A DNA stretch of 64,000 nucleotides. Origin: Gemmatimonadales bacterium (lineage in GTDB: Bacteria > Gemmatimonadota > Gemmatimonadetes > Gemmatimonadales > GWC2-71-9). A program made the translations under genes and the position numbers. This document shows positions 37,912 through 45,399 of this stretch, piece after piece (position 1 is the stretch's first letter; every line of letters starts with the position of its first letter). The DNA is taken from assembly GCA_035759745.1 (NCBI GenBank), contig DASTUF010000112.1, forward strand, positions 905 to 64,904, given 5' to 3'. A model generated the notes under the pieces. It saw only the letters and a program-made list of their open reading frames with translations, was not told the origin of the DNA and did no database searches.

Positions 37912-37931
37912 AAGTTAGGCTTTCCTAACTT
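37912..37931. promoter_or_regulatory. Palindromic operator AAGTTAGG-CTTT-CCTAACTT (DtxR-type half-sites)
   Basis: Perfect 8-bp inverted arms located 5 nt upstream of the repressor start codon. The TTAGG/CCTAA half-sites match DtxR/IdeR boxes. Confidence 0.6.
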
Positions 37932-37987
37932 AGCAATGCTCGCAGTACGCGCAAGGGCTGATAACGCTTTCTCTTCGACAACCGACG

Positions 37988-38566
37988 TTAGCCGTCAGCC
38001 AGCAGGTCGAGGAACTGCGTCAGCAACCGCTCAGTGAGCCCCCAGACCACGCCGCAGGGCGTGTGATAGGCCGGACGCTCGAGTTCCATCCCCCGGGCCA
38101 CCACGGTGGTCTCGAAGTAATTGGCCGGATCGCGGAGTTGGTCGAGCAACACCCAGTCAGCGGTGTCCACCTCGTCACTCAGCCTGAGGGCGGGACGATG
38201 ATCCAGATGGAAGACGAACGGACGCACCGCTACTGGCGGCAGCACTGGCGTGCTGGGCGCAAAATCATCCAGGGCGCCGAGTGAAGCGCCGACCGCGAGG
38301 GTGATACCGACTTCTTCCCACGTCTCCCGCCGAGCGGTGTGCTCGAGATCGGCGTCCGCGGGATCACGCCTCCCACCCGGAAGCGCCATCTGCCCGGACC
38401 AGGGATCCCCTTCCCACTCGGCGCGGCGAATCAGCAGGATGGACTCGGGATCGGGCGCGACGATGATCGCCACTGCTGCCCAGATCAGCCCCGCACCCTC
38501 GGCCTCGAGACTCCGGCGCCCTCGCAGCGAGGCCGCCAGCCGGCCCTCGATAGTCTGATCCATCAA
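37988..38566 (-). CDS. NUDIX hydrolase (CoA pyrophosphatase-like)
   Basis: Nudix box GGRRDPADADLEHTARRETWEEVGI. Confidence 0.8.
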   Translation of the reverse strand: MMDQTIEGRLAASLRGRRSLEAEGAGLIWAAVAIIVAPDPESILLIRRAEWEGDPWSGQMALPGGRRDPADADLEHTARRETWEEVGITLAVGASLGALDDFAPSTPVLPPVAVRPFVFHLDHRPALRLSDEVDTADWVLLDQLRDPANYFETTVVARGMELERPAYHTPCGVVWGLTERLLTQFLDLLADG

Positions 38567-39390
38567 AGACTCTGCATCATGAACCGCAGGGTCTCGTCCA
38601 TCACCCGATCCGCCATGTGCACGGGTGGCTTCCAGGGATGACTCGCGCCGAAGGTATGACCGGCGCCGGGCATTATCAGCCTCGTGGCGCCGGGATTCGC
38701 CTGCGCCAGTCGCTCGGCATTTGCGACGGGCACGGACTCGTCCTCTTCGCCGTGCACGATGAACCAGGGAATGCTCAAGCGTGAAGCGGCAGCCCTGATG
38801 TCCAGGCGCGCGGCGTTGGTGTCAAGGTCATCCAGGATGTCCACGCCGAGGGGCAGCACCTGCCCGGTGCGGCTGTTCTCCACGTCGAGGTGTCCGCGGG
38901 CGCGCCACGCCTTGCGGGTGGCGCTGCCCCATCGATCAGCATCGGCGATCGCGGCCCAGGTCACGAGCGCCCGCACCCGCGGGTCAGTCTCGGCGGCGAT
39001 TATCGCCATGCCTCCTCCGCGCGAGTGGCCTACGAGGCCCAGTGCCGATGGCTCAGCAACTCCCAGTGCGCCGCCGCACAGCGCATCGAGAACGGTGCGG
39101 ATGTCGTCCAGCTGCCGGGAGTAGGTGTCGCGGGAGAATCGCTCGCCCAGGGTCGGCTGGCCCGCGGCATCCACTCCGCTCCCACTCAGGTTGAAGGTGA
39201 CCGCTGTGAACCCCGCTCGCGCCGCCCGCTCGGCGAAGACCGGCCAGAAGCCCCAGTCCTTGAAGCCCTTGAAGCCGTGCACCCCGACGATCGCCGGCCG
39301 CCCGCTTCCCTCGCCGGCGGAGCGCACGTCGACGAACAGCTCGCCGAGCGAGCCGGGGAGGATGAGTTGCTTCAGTCGGGGCGTCGCCAT
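38563..39390 (-). CDS. Alpha/beta hydrolase
   Basis: HGFKGFKDWGFWP and the GHSRGG nucleophile elbow. Overlaps the Nudix gene start by 4 nt. Confidence 0.8.
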   Translation of the reverse strand: MATPRLKQLILPGSLGELFVDVRSAGEGSGRPAIVGVHGFKGFKDWGFWPVFAERAARAGFTAVTFNLSGSGVDAAGQPTLGERFSRDTYSRQLDDIRTVLDALCGGALGVAEPSALGLVGHSRGGGMAIIAAETDPRVRALVTWAAIADADRWGSATRKAWRARGHLDVENSRTGQVLPLGVDILDDLDTNAARLDIRAAASRLSIPWFIVHGEEDESVPVANAERLAQANPGATRLIMPGAGHTFGASHPWKPPVHMADRVMDETLRFMMQSL

Positions 39391-39488
39391 GCAGGAAGCT
39401 TCGAGCTACCAGGCACGAGAGACAAGCTTGGGCCTCGAAGCTCGAAACTCGAAACTCGAACTCCCGCTCTTGTTCTCATCCCGAAATA

Positions 39489-39530
39489 CGATAATATTGT
39501 TCTGGTATCTGATGATAACGATTCTCATAT
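39489..39530 (+). promoter_or_regulatory. AT-rich promoter/operator patch with Fur-box-like hexamers
   Basis: CGATAATATTGTTCTGGTATCTGATGATAACGATTCTCATAT is the most AT-rich stretch I noticed in the window. It has GATAAT/GATGAT/AACGAT hexamers upstream of a TonB-dependent receptor gene. The match to the 19-bp Fur consensus is only partial. Confidence 0.35.
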
Positions 39531-39574
39531 AGTTTTCATCCCCTGACTAACCGCAACCGGGTCAACAACTTCCA

Positions 39575-41443
39575 ATGAAAGCTGCAGCCCTCGCTGCTCT
39601 CGTCTCGCTCGCCGTTGCCGTACCACTCACCGCTCAGGACCCCGCTGATTCGCTCCGTGCCTATCAGCTGGAAGACATCAATGTTACCGCCGAGCGCCAT
39701 CCCAGCCGTTCGAGCGATGCGGCTGCGGTCGTCCGCACCGTCACGCGCGCCGAACTCGAGCGACGGGCGGCGCCGGACGTGACCACGGTGCTGCGCGACG
39801 TTCCCGGCATCCAGCTGGACCCGGTGGTCGGATCCGGCGCCGGCGTGACGCTCCAGGGCCTCGGGTCGGATCGGGTGCTGATCCTGCTCGACGGTTCACC
39901 GCTCGCGGGTCGCATCGGCGGCGAGTTCGACCTGAGCCGGGTGAGTCCTTCGCAATTGGAGCGGATCGAGATCGTGGAGGGCCCGCAGAGCACTCTTTAC
40001 GGCTCCTCAGCCCTGGGAGGCGTGGTGAACCTGCTCAGCCGCAACGACTTCTCGCGGCGAGCGGAGCTCTCGAGCCACGTTGGCTCGGAAGGTCAGCTCG
40101 ACGGGCGCGGCCGGGTCAGCGGCCGGCTAGGCAGCACGGGACTCTCGTTCGACGCAGGTCGGCGCACGGTGGACCTTGCGCCTGGGGCCGGCGCCACGAC
40201 CGTCGGCGAGGCGGGCCGGTGGGACGGCATGGCGCGGATGTCAGCGCCGCTCGCCGGCGGCAGCCTGGATGCGCGAGTGATGGGCATCATCGACGAGCAG
40301 GTGTATCGCTCGGGCTCCCAGCCCAATCCTCGGACCAGCTTCAACGACAACTGGCAGGTCGACGGGCTGGTCGCCACCACGCTCGATGCAGCCGGGCGCA
40401 CCGAAGTGCGGCTGCACGGCAGTCTCTATGACCACCGCTTCATCAGCTCGGCCACCGATTCCAGGAATGACGGCGCCGCCGAGTGGGATCACCAGCGGCT
40501 GCTCGACGCCGAAGTGATCCGCCGCGGCGACGTGGGAGCGCACCGCTGGCTGGCGGGCGTGAAGGGTGAGCGTGAGTGGCTGGAAAGCGAACGGATCGAG
40601 GGCGGGTCGCGCGCAGCCTGGACCGGCGCCGCGTTCGCCAGCGGCGACTGGGCGGTGGGAAGCAAGCTGCGGGCGTCAACCGGATTGCGGCTTACCACCG
40701 GTGAGCGCTGGGGTACCGACCTCGCGCCCCGCGTCGGGCTGGTCGCCACGCTTCCGGCGGGCGGGTACTTCAAGGTTGCGGGCGCGCGCGGATTCCGGGC
40801 GCCATCGTTCAAGGAGCAGTACACCAACTTCACCAACAGCCAGGGCGGGTTCACCTACACTGTGCTGGGCAATGCCGACCTCCAGGCGGAGCACTCCTGG
40901 AACGCAAGCGCCGAAGTGGGCCGGAGCGCGGGCGGCACGCGGGTGTACCTGCGCGGCTTCCATAACTGGCTCGACAATTTCATCGAGACCGAGCTGGTGG
41001 ATCCCGCCACGAGCACGTTCCGCTACCAGAACGTGAGCTCGGCCCGGACCCGTGGCCTCGAAGGCGGCGCGACCATTTCGCGCGGCATCGTGACCGCGCG
41101 CGCCTCGCACGCGTGGCTCTCCACCGAGGACGAGTCCACCGGGGAGTCCCTGCTGGGCCAGGCCGCACATACCAGCCGCGCTGCGGTCACCGTGCTTCCG
41201 GGCCCGGTGGACGTCACCGGCGAGGTGGTGTACACCGGCGCGGTTCCGCTGCGCCGCACGTCCACCGGCACCGAGGAGCAGGGCGACTATGCCCGGCTCA
41301 ACCTGTCGGGCGGCGTCAGCCTGCCGTCGGACCTGCGGCTCACCGTTGGCGCAGACAACCTGCTCGACACCCGGCCCGAAGGCGCGGCCACTTTCCTCGG
41401 CCGCCGCTTCTTCGCCGGCCTGACCTGGGGGTTTGGATGGTAA
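39575..41443 (+). CDS. TonB-dependent outer-membrane receptor
   Basis: Signal peptide, a plug domain (...VVRTVTRAELERR..., IEIVEGPQSTLYGSSALGGVVNLL) and a C-terminal barrel ending ...FFAGLTWGFGW. Confidence 0.85.
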   Translation: MKAAALAALVSLAVAVPLTAQDPADSLRAYQLEDINVTAERHPSRSSDAAAVVRTVTRAELERRAAPDVTTVLRDVPGIQLDPVVGSGAGVTLQGLGSDRVLILLDGSPLAGRIGGEFDLSRVSPSQLERIEIVEGPQSTLYGSSALGGVVNLLSRNDFSRRAELSSHVGSEGQLDGRGRVSGRLGSTGLSFDAGRRTVDLAPGAGATTVGEAGRWDGMARMSAPLAGGSLDARVMGIIDEQVYRSGSQPNPRTSFNDNWQVDGLVATTLDAAGRTEVRLHGSLYDHRFISSATDSRNDGAAEWDHQRLLDAEVIRRGDVGAHRWLAGVKGEREWLESERIEGGSRAAWTGAAFASGDWAVGSKLRASTGLRLTTGERWGTDLAPRVGLVATLPAGGYFKVAGARGFRAPSFKEQYTNFTNSQGGFTYTVLGNADLQAEHSWNASAEVGRSAGGTRVYLRGFHNWLDNFIETELVDPATSTFRYQNVSSARTRGLEGGATISRGIVTARASHAWLSTEDESTGESLLGQAAHTSRAAVTVLPGPVDVTGEVVYTGAVPLRRTSTGTEEQGDYARLNLSGGVSLPSDLRLTVGADNLLDTRPEGAATFLGRRFFAGLTWGFGW

Positions 41444-42309
41444 TCCGGTTGATGATGGCGGCGTTCCTCGCCTTGACGCCCGCCGCACTTGAAGCCCAGG
41501 GAGGGCTGCTGGTCGTCGCGCACGGCGCGAACAAGGGCTGGAACGACCGGGTCCGCGAGACGGTCCAGAACGTGACTTGGGACGGACCAGTCGCAATCGC
41601 CTTCCTGATGGGTGCCGAAGCCGACTCGCTGGGATGGGATGCCGGTGTGGCTCGGCTGGTGAGCGAGGGCGCGCGCGAGATCACCGTAGTGCCGCTCATG
41701 GTGTCAAGTCACGGATCGCACTATCGCCAGATCCGGTTCTATGCCGGCGAACTGCCGTCCCTGCCACCGGAACTGGCGCAGCACGATCATGGCACCCATT
41801 CGCCGCCGCCGGTGCCGATGCGGGTCACGCCGGCGCTGGACGATGCGCCGGAGTTCGCGGCTGCATTGTCGGCCCGGTGGCGCGCGATGGCCGAAGCCGA
41901 CCGGTCGCGGCCCCTCCTGCTGGTAGCGCATGGTCCCAACGATCCCGATGACGCAGTGGAGTGGCTGGAGGATATCGGGTCGGTGAGTGCGGGACTGCGG
42001 ACTGCGACCGGGAGGGACCTCTTCGTCGGCCTGCTGCGGGACGACGCGCCGGCTCCGGTGCGGGCACGGGCGGTCGCGGCGATGCGCGACAGCGTCCTGG
42101 CGATGGCGCAGCGGTCAGGCGACTCGGTGGTGGCGCTGCCGGTGATGATCTCGTCCGGCTCCATTACCCGGATCAAGATCCCCGCCGACCTGGCGGGGCT
42201 GCCCATTCGCTACCATGCCGAGCCGCTGGCGCCGTTGCCGGAGCTGTCGCGCTGGATCGAGCGGGTGGGTCGCGCAGCGGCGGCAACCGAACGCGCCGAG
42301 GCGCGCTGA
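41437..42309 (+). CDS. Exported two-domain CbiX/CbiK(SirB)-like chelatase-fold protein
   Basis: ATG 41437 overlaps the receptor gene's 3' end (ATGGTAA). Signal peptide MVIRLMMAAFLALTPAALEA. Two CbiX-like halves (LLVVAHGANKG...VVPLMVSSHGSHY; LLLVAHGPNDP...ALPVMISSG). Confidence 0.65.
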   Translation: MVIRLMMAAFLALTPAALEAQGGLLVVAHGANKGWNDRVRETVQNVTWDGPVAIAFLMGAEADSLGWDAGVARLVSEGAREITVVPLMVSSHGSHYRQIRFYAGELPSLPPELAQHDHGTHSPPPVPMRVTPALDDAPEFAAALSARWRAMAEADRSRPLLLVAHGPNDPDDAVEWLEDIGSVSAGLRTATGRDLFVGLLRDDAPAPVRARAVAAMRDSVLAMAQRSGDSVVALPVMISSGSITRIKIPADLAGLPIRYHAEPLAPLPELSRWIERVGRAAAATERAEAR

Positions 42310-42310
42310 G

Positions 42311-43261
42311 TCAGGAGACGGCTGGCTCCAGCAGCTCCACCGTTCCCGCGTCGGCATCCAGGCGCGCGCGCACGCCGATGGGCATGGTCCACTGGTCATC
42401 CAGGTGGCCGATGGGAAAGCCGAAGGCAACAGGAATGCGCAGCGGTTCGAGGTAATGGGCCAGCACGCGGTCGAGCCCGGCGGCGCCATCGGCGCCCCGG
42501 GCCGGCATTTCGGTGAACCGCCCGATGATCACGCCTGCCAGCCGTTCCAGCAGTCCGGCCAGCCGCAGGTGCGAGAACATGCGGTCAACCCGATAGGCAT
42601 CCTCTCCCACGTCCTCCAGGAACAGCAAGGCCCCGTCCAGTGACGGGAGGTACGCCGTCCCGATCAGGCATTGCACCAGCGAAAGGTTCCCGCCCACCAG
42701 CGGACCTTCTGCGCGGCCGCCCGCGAGCGTCGCGACCCGGCACTGCTCCGGGACCAGCACGGCCTTTGGCGGATCGGGCTGGCCCAGCATCCCTGGTGTT
42801 GCAGCGGACGCGACTACCCGCTCGAGATGGGAGCGCGAGAAGGGCCGAAGCTCGCGACGTGCCACCGGCGCATGGAACGTGACGCATCCGGCATGGCGGT
42901 AGAGCGCGAGCAGGAGCGCAGTGATGTCGGAGTAGCCAAGCACCGGCCGCGGCTGGCGCTTGCTGCCGTCGAAATCGATGCGATCGAGGATGCGGGTGAC
43001 CCCGTAGCCGCCGCGGATGCACCAGACGGCGTGAATGGCGGGATCGGTCAATGCCCAGTTGAGGTCGGCCAGTCGCGATTCATCCGGACCGGCGAACCAG
43101 GCCTCGTGCAACGTGGTATTCCGGCCCGGCACCGGCTCCCATCCGAGGGCGCGACAGAGTTCCTGGGCGCGGCGGAGGTCGTCGTGTTCCAGCAGCGGGC
43201 CGGCGGGAGCAACCAGCGCGACCCGGCTTCCGGCGGCGATACGAGGTGGCCGAACGATCAT
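42311..43261 (-). CDS. ldcA: LD-carboxypeptidase (peptidase S66)
   Basis: ...GSRVALVAPAGP...AVWCIRGGYG...VLGYSDITAL... The start is MIVRPPRI. Confidence 0.8.
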   Translation of the reverse strand: MIVRPPRIAAGSRVALVAPAGPLLEHDDLRRAQELCRALGWEPVPGRNTTLHEAWFAGPDESRLADLNWALTDPAIHAVWCIRGGYGVTRILDRIDFDGSKRQPRPVLGYSDITALLLALYRHAGCVTFHAPVARRELRPFSRSHLERVVASAATPGMLGQPDPPKAVLVPEQCRVATLAGGRAEGPLVGGNLSLVQCLIGTAYLPSLDGALLFLEDVGEDAYRVDRMFSHLRLAGLLERLAGVIIGRFTEMPARGADGAAGLDRVLAHYLEPLRIPVAFGFPIGHLDDQWTMPIGVRARLDADAGTVELLEPAVS

Positions 43262-43293
43262 CTCTTTGACCCCATGCAGCGACGGGAGTAGGT

Positions 43294-43881
43294 TTGACTT
43301 CCAACTTGTTAAGGAGCACGGCAGTGCGCGCTTCGCAGCCTGCGTTGCTCGCCGCTGGTCGTGTGATCGTCGAATCTCGCGATGCGATAGTAGCGGAGTG
43401 GACCGAACGTCTCGGTGACCGCTTGACCGCCGCACGCACGATACCGCGTTCCCTCGTCGAGCGGGAGTTCCGCCTGCTTCTCGACCTCATGGCCCATCAG
43501 GCGGGCCCGTTGAGGCGGGAAGTGAGGCCCATATGGCAACGTGCCTCTGAGCACCACGGCCGCACCGCATCCGCGCGGGGCCTGGCCGCGGGTGAGGTGG
43601 TGGAAGAACTGCTCCATCTCCGTGACATCATGACCCGGCACCTTGCGCCGGTGGTCGCCGCCATGCGGGCCCGCCAGGGCATGGCGATCCTGCTTCGCCT
43701 CAACCGGGTGCTCGATTATGGGGTCGCCGCGTCGGTGGTGGGCTACACCGACGCGCTGGTGGCGACGCTGATGGGCTCCAACGGCGTGCCCAGCGACGAC
43801 GGCAAGGGCGACGCAGAAAACGTCGAGCGCCAACTGGGCCTGCTCGAGGCGGAGCTCGAACAGCTCGTCGGAACGCGCTGA
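43294..43881 (+). CDS. Hypothetical helical protein (possibly an RsbR-N-like sensor domain)
   Basis: All-helical-looking 195-aa ORF ending in a coiled-coil-like segment. The family assignment is tentative. Confidence 0.45.
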   Translation: MTSNLLRSTAVRASQPALLAAGRVIVESRDAIVAEWTERLGDRLTAARTIPRSLVEREFRLLLDLMAHQAGPLRREVRPIWQRASEHHGRTASARGLAAGEVVEELLHLRDIMTRHLAPVVAAMRARQGMAILLRLNRVLDYGVAASVVGYTDALVATLMGSNGVPSDDGKGDAENVERQLGLLEAELEQLVGTR

Positions 43882-43886
43882 TCCCA

Positions 43887-45026
43887 TTGGAATTCGCAGC
43901 TGAGTGGTGGTGGGTCGCCTGGCTCGCCCCCTGGTTGCTGTTCCTCAGGCTGTTTCCCAAGCGCCCTCGCCTGGCGGACGTCCCGCCCCAGCGCGAGGGC
44001 CCTCTCGTTTCCGTCATCATCCCCGCCCGCAACGAATCCGCCGTGATCCAGTCGTGCGTGGCATCGGTGCTCGCCACCGGCTATTCATCGGTCGAAGTCC
44101 TCGTGGTGGACGACCGTTCCACCGATGACACCGCTGCCCGCGCCGGTGAGCTGGCCCGGCTCGACCCTCGGCTTCGCGTGATCGACGGCGAGGAGCTGCC
44201 CGGCGGCTGGTATGGCAAGCCCTGGGCGTGCATGCAGGGCGCCCAGCTGGCGCAAGGCGATATACTGCTCTTCACCGACGCCGACACCCGGCACCAGCCA
44301 ATGCTGCTGCCCCACGCCGTGGCCGCACTGCGCGCCACCACCGCCGGCATCGTGACCGTGTCGCCCCACCTCAGCTGCATCTCCTTCTGGGAGCGGGTGG
44401 TCATGCCGCAGGTGTGGCTGCTGCTCGGCACCCGCTACCATCCCGCGGCGGTCAATCGCGCCACCCGGCCCCGCGAGGTCATCGCCAATGGGCAATTCAT
44501 CATGACCACGCGCGAGGCCTACCTGAAGGCGGGCGCCCACGAAGCGGTGAGGGGTGAAGTCGCCGAGGATCTCGCGCTGGCGCAGCGCTATGCCGACGCC
44601 GGCATGAAAATCTGGTTCGCGTTCGCCGAGAACCTGATGGAAACCCGGATGTACACCGGCCTGGCTCACCTGGTTGAGGGATGGTCCAAGAATCTGTACC
44701 TGGGCGGGCGGCGTTCCTTTCCCGATGAGCCTGTTCTGCGCGCGCTTGTGCCGGTGGCGCTGTCACTTGCGATGAGCTTCTGGCTGGTGCCGCCGCTCGC
44801 GCTGCTCGCGAGCCTCGCACTCCCGGCGCTGCGGGAGCCGGCGCTCGTTGCTACGGGCATTTCCCTGCTGTTCTGGGCTGTCATCTCGCTGAGCATGCGC
44901 ATCCCGCTCCGGTACGCGCTGGCGTATCCCGCCGGCGCAGCAGTGGCGCTGTGGATCGTGCTGCGCTCCACCTGGCGCGGGAGCAGGCGGGTGGTATGGA
45001 AGGGCCGGATTTACCAGAGAGATTAA
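43887..45026 (+). CDS. Membrane-bound family 2 glycosyltransferase
   Basis: VSVIIPARNES...VLVVDDRSTDDT...LLFTDADT (DxD) followed by C-terminal TM helices. Confidence 0.8.
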   Translation: MEFAAEWWWVAWLAPWLLFLRLFPKRPRLADVPPQREGPLVSVIIPARNESAVIQSCVASVLATGYSSVEVLVVDDRSTDDTAARAGELARLDPRLRVIDGEELPGGWYGKPWACMQGAQLAQGDILLFTDADTRHQPMLLPHAVAALRATTAGIVTVSPHLSCISFWERVVMPQVWLLLGTRYHPAAVNRATRPREVIANGQFIMTTREAYLKAGAHEAVRGEVAEDLALAQRYADAGMKIWFAFAENLMETRMYTGLAHLVEGWSKNLYLGGRRSFPDEPVLRALVPVALSLAMSFWLVPPLALLASLALPALREPALVATGISLLFWAVISLSMRIPLRYALAYPAGAAVALWIVLRSTWRGSRRVVWKGRIYQRD

Positions 45027-45027
45027 G

Positions 45028-45289
45028 GGGATTCTGACTCGCAGATTACGCAGATTTGCATCCAGCGCGAAGACACCACGTCGAGTCCGGCGGCGATCTC
45101 GAATGTGTTTTTGTGGGCGCGGGACTATGGTTCCGCGACGCCTGCCAGCGCCCCCGCACGGGATCCAGAGGGGCGCCCACAGAAGCAATCGCACAAGAGC
45201 CTGCCCTGGGCGCGGGGTCTAGCCGGCCGGAGAACCCATCTGCGTCAATCGCAGTTCCCAAATCTGCGAAATCTGCGGTCCAGAATCCC
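45028..45289. repeat. Inverted-repeat element, CGCAGATT-word family (copy 2)
   Basis: The 30-nt arms are at 45028-45057 (GGGATTCTGACTCGCAGATTACGCAGATTT) and 45260-45289. The reverse complement of the right arm is GGGATTCTGGACCGCAGATTTCGCAGATTT, giving 26 of 30 matches. An extra partial arm lies at 45306-45325. Confidence 0.7.
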
Positions 45290-45399
45290 TTCAATCGCTG
45301 TATCCGAATCCCCGAAATCTGCGGTTTGCGCTGAACGGGTCATTGCTGCGCTGAAGCGGTTACCGCTTACCACCTCCGGCAACCCACCATGGGGCGACC

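Noticed and set aside
45028-45289. CGCAGATT-family inverted-repeat elements considered as autonomous insertion sequences.
   Set aside because: There is no transposase ORF between the arms and no clear target-site duplication. At most they are non-autonomous (MITE/REP-like) elements.
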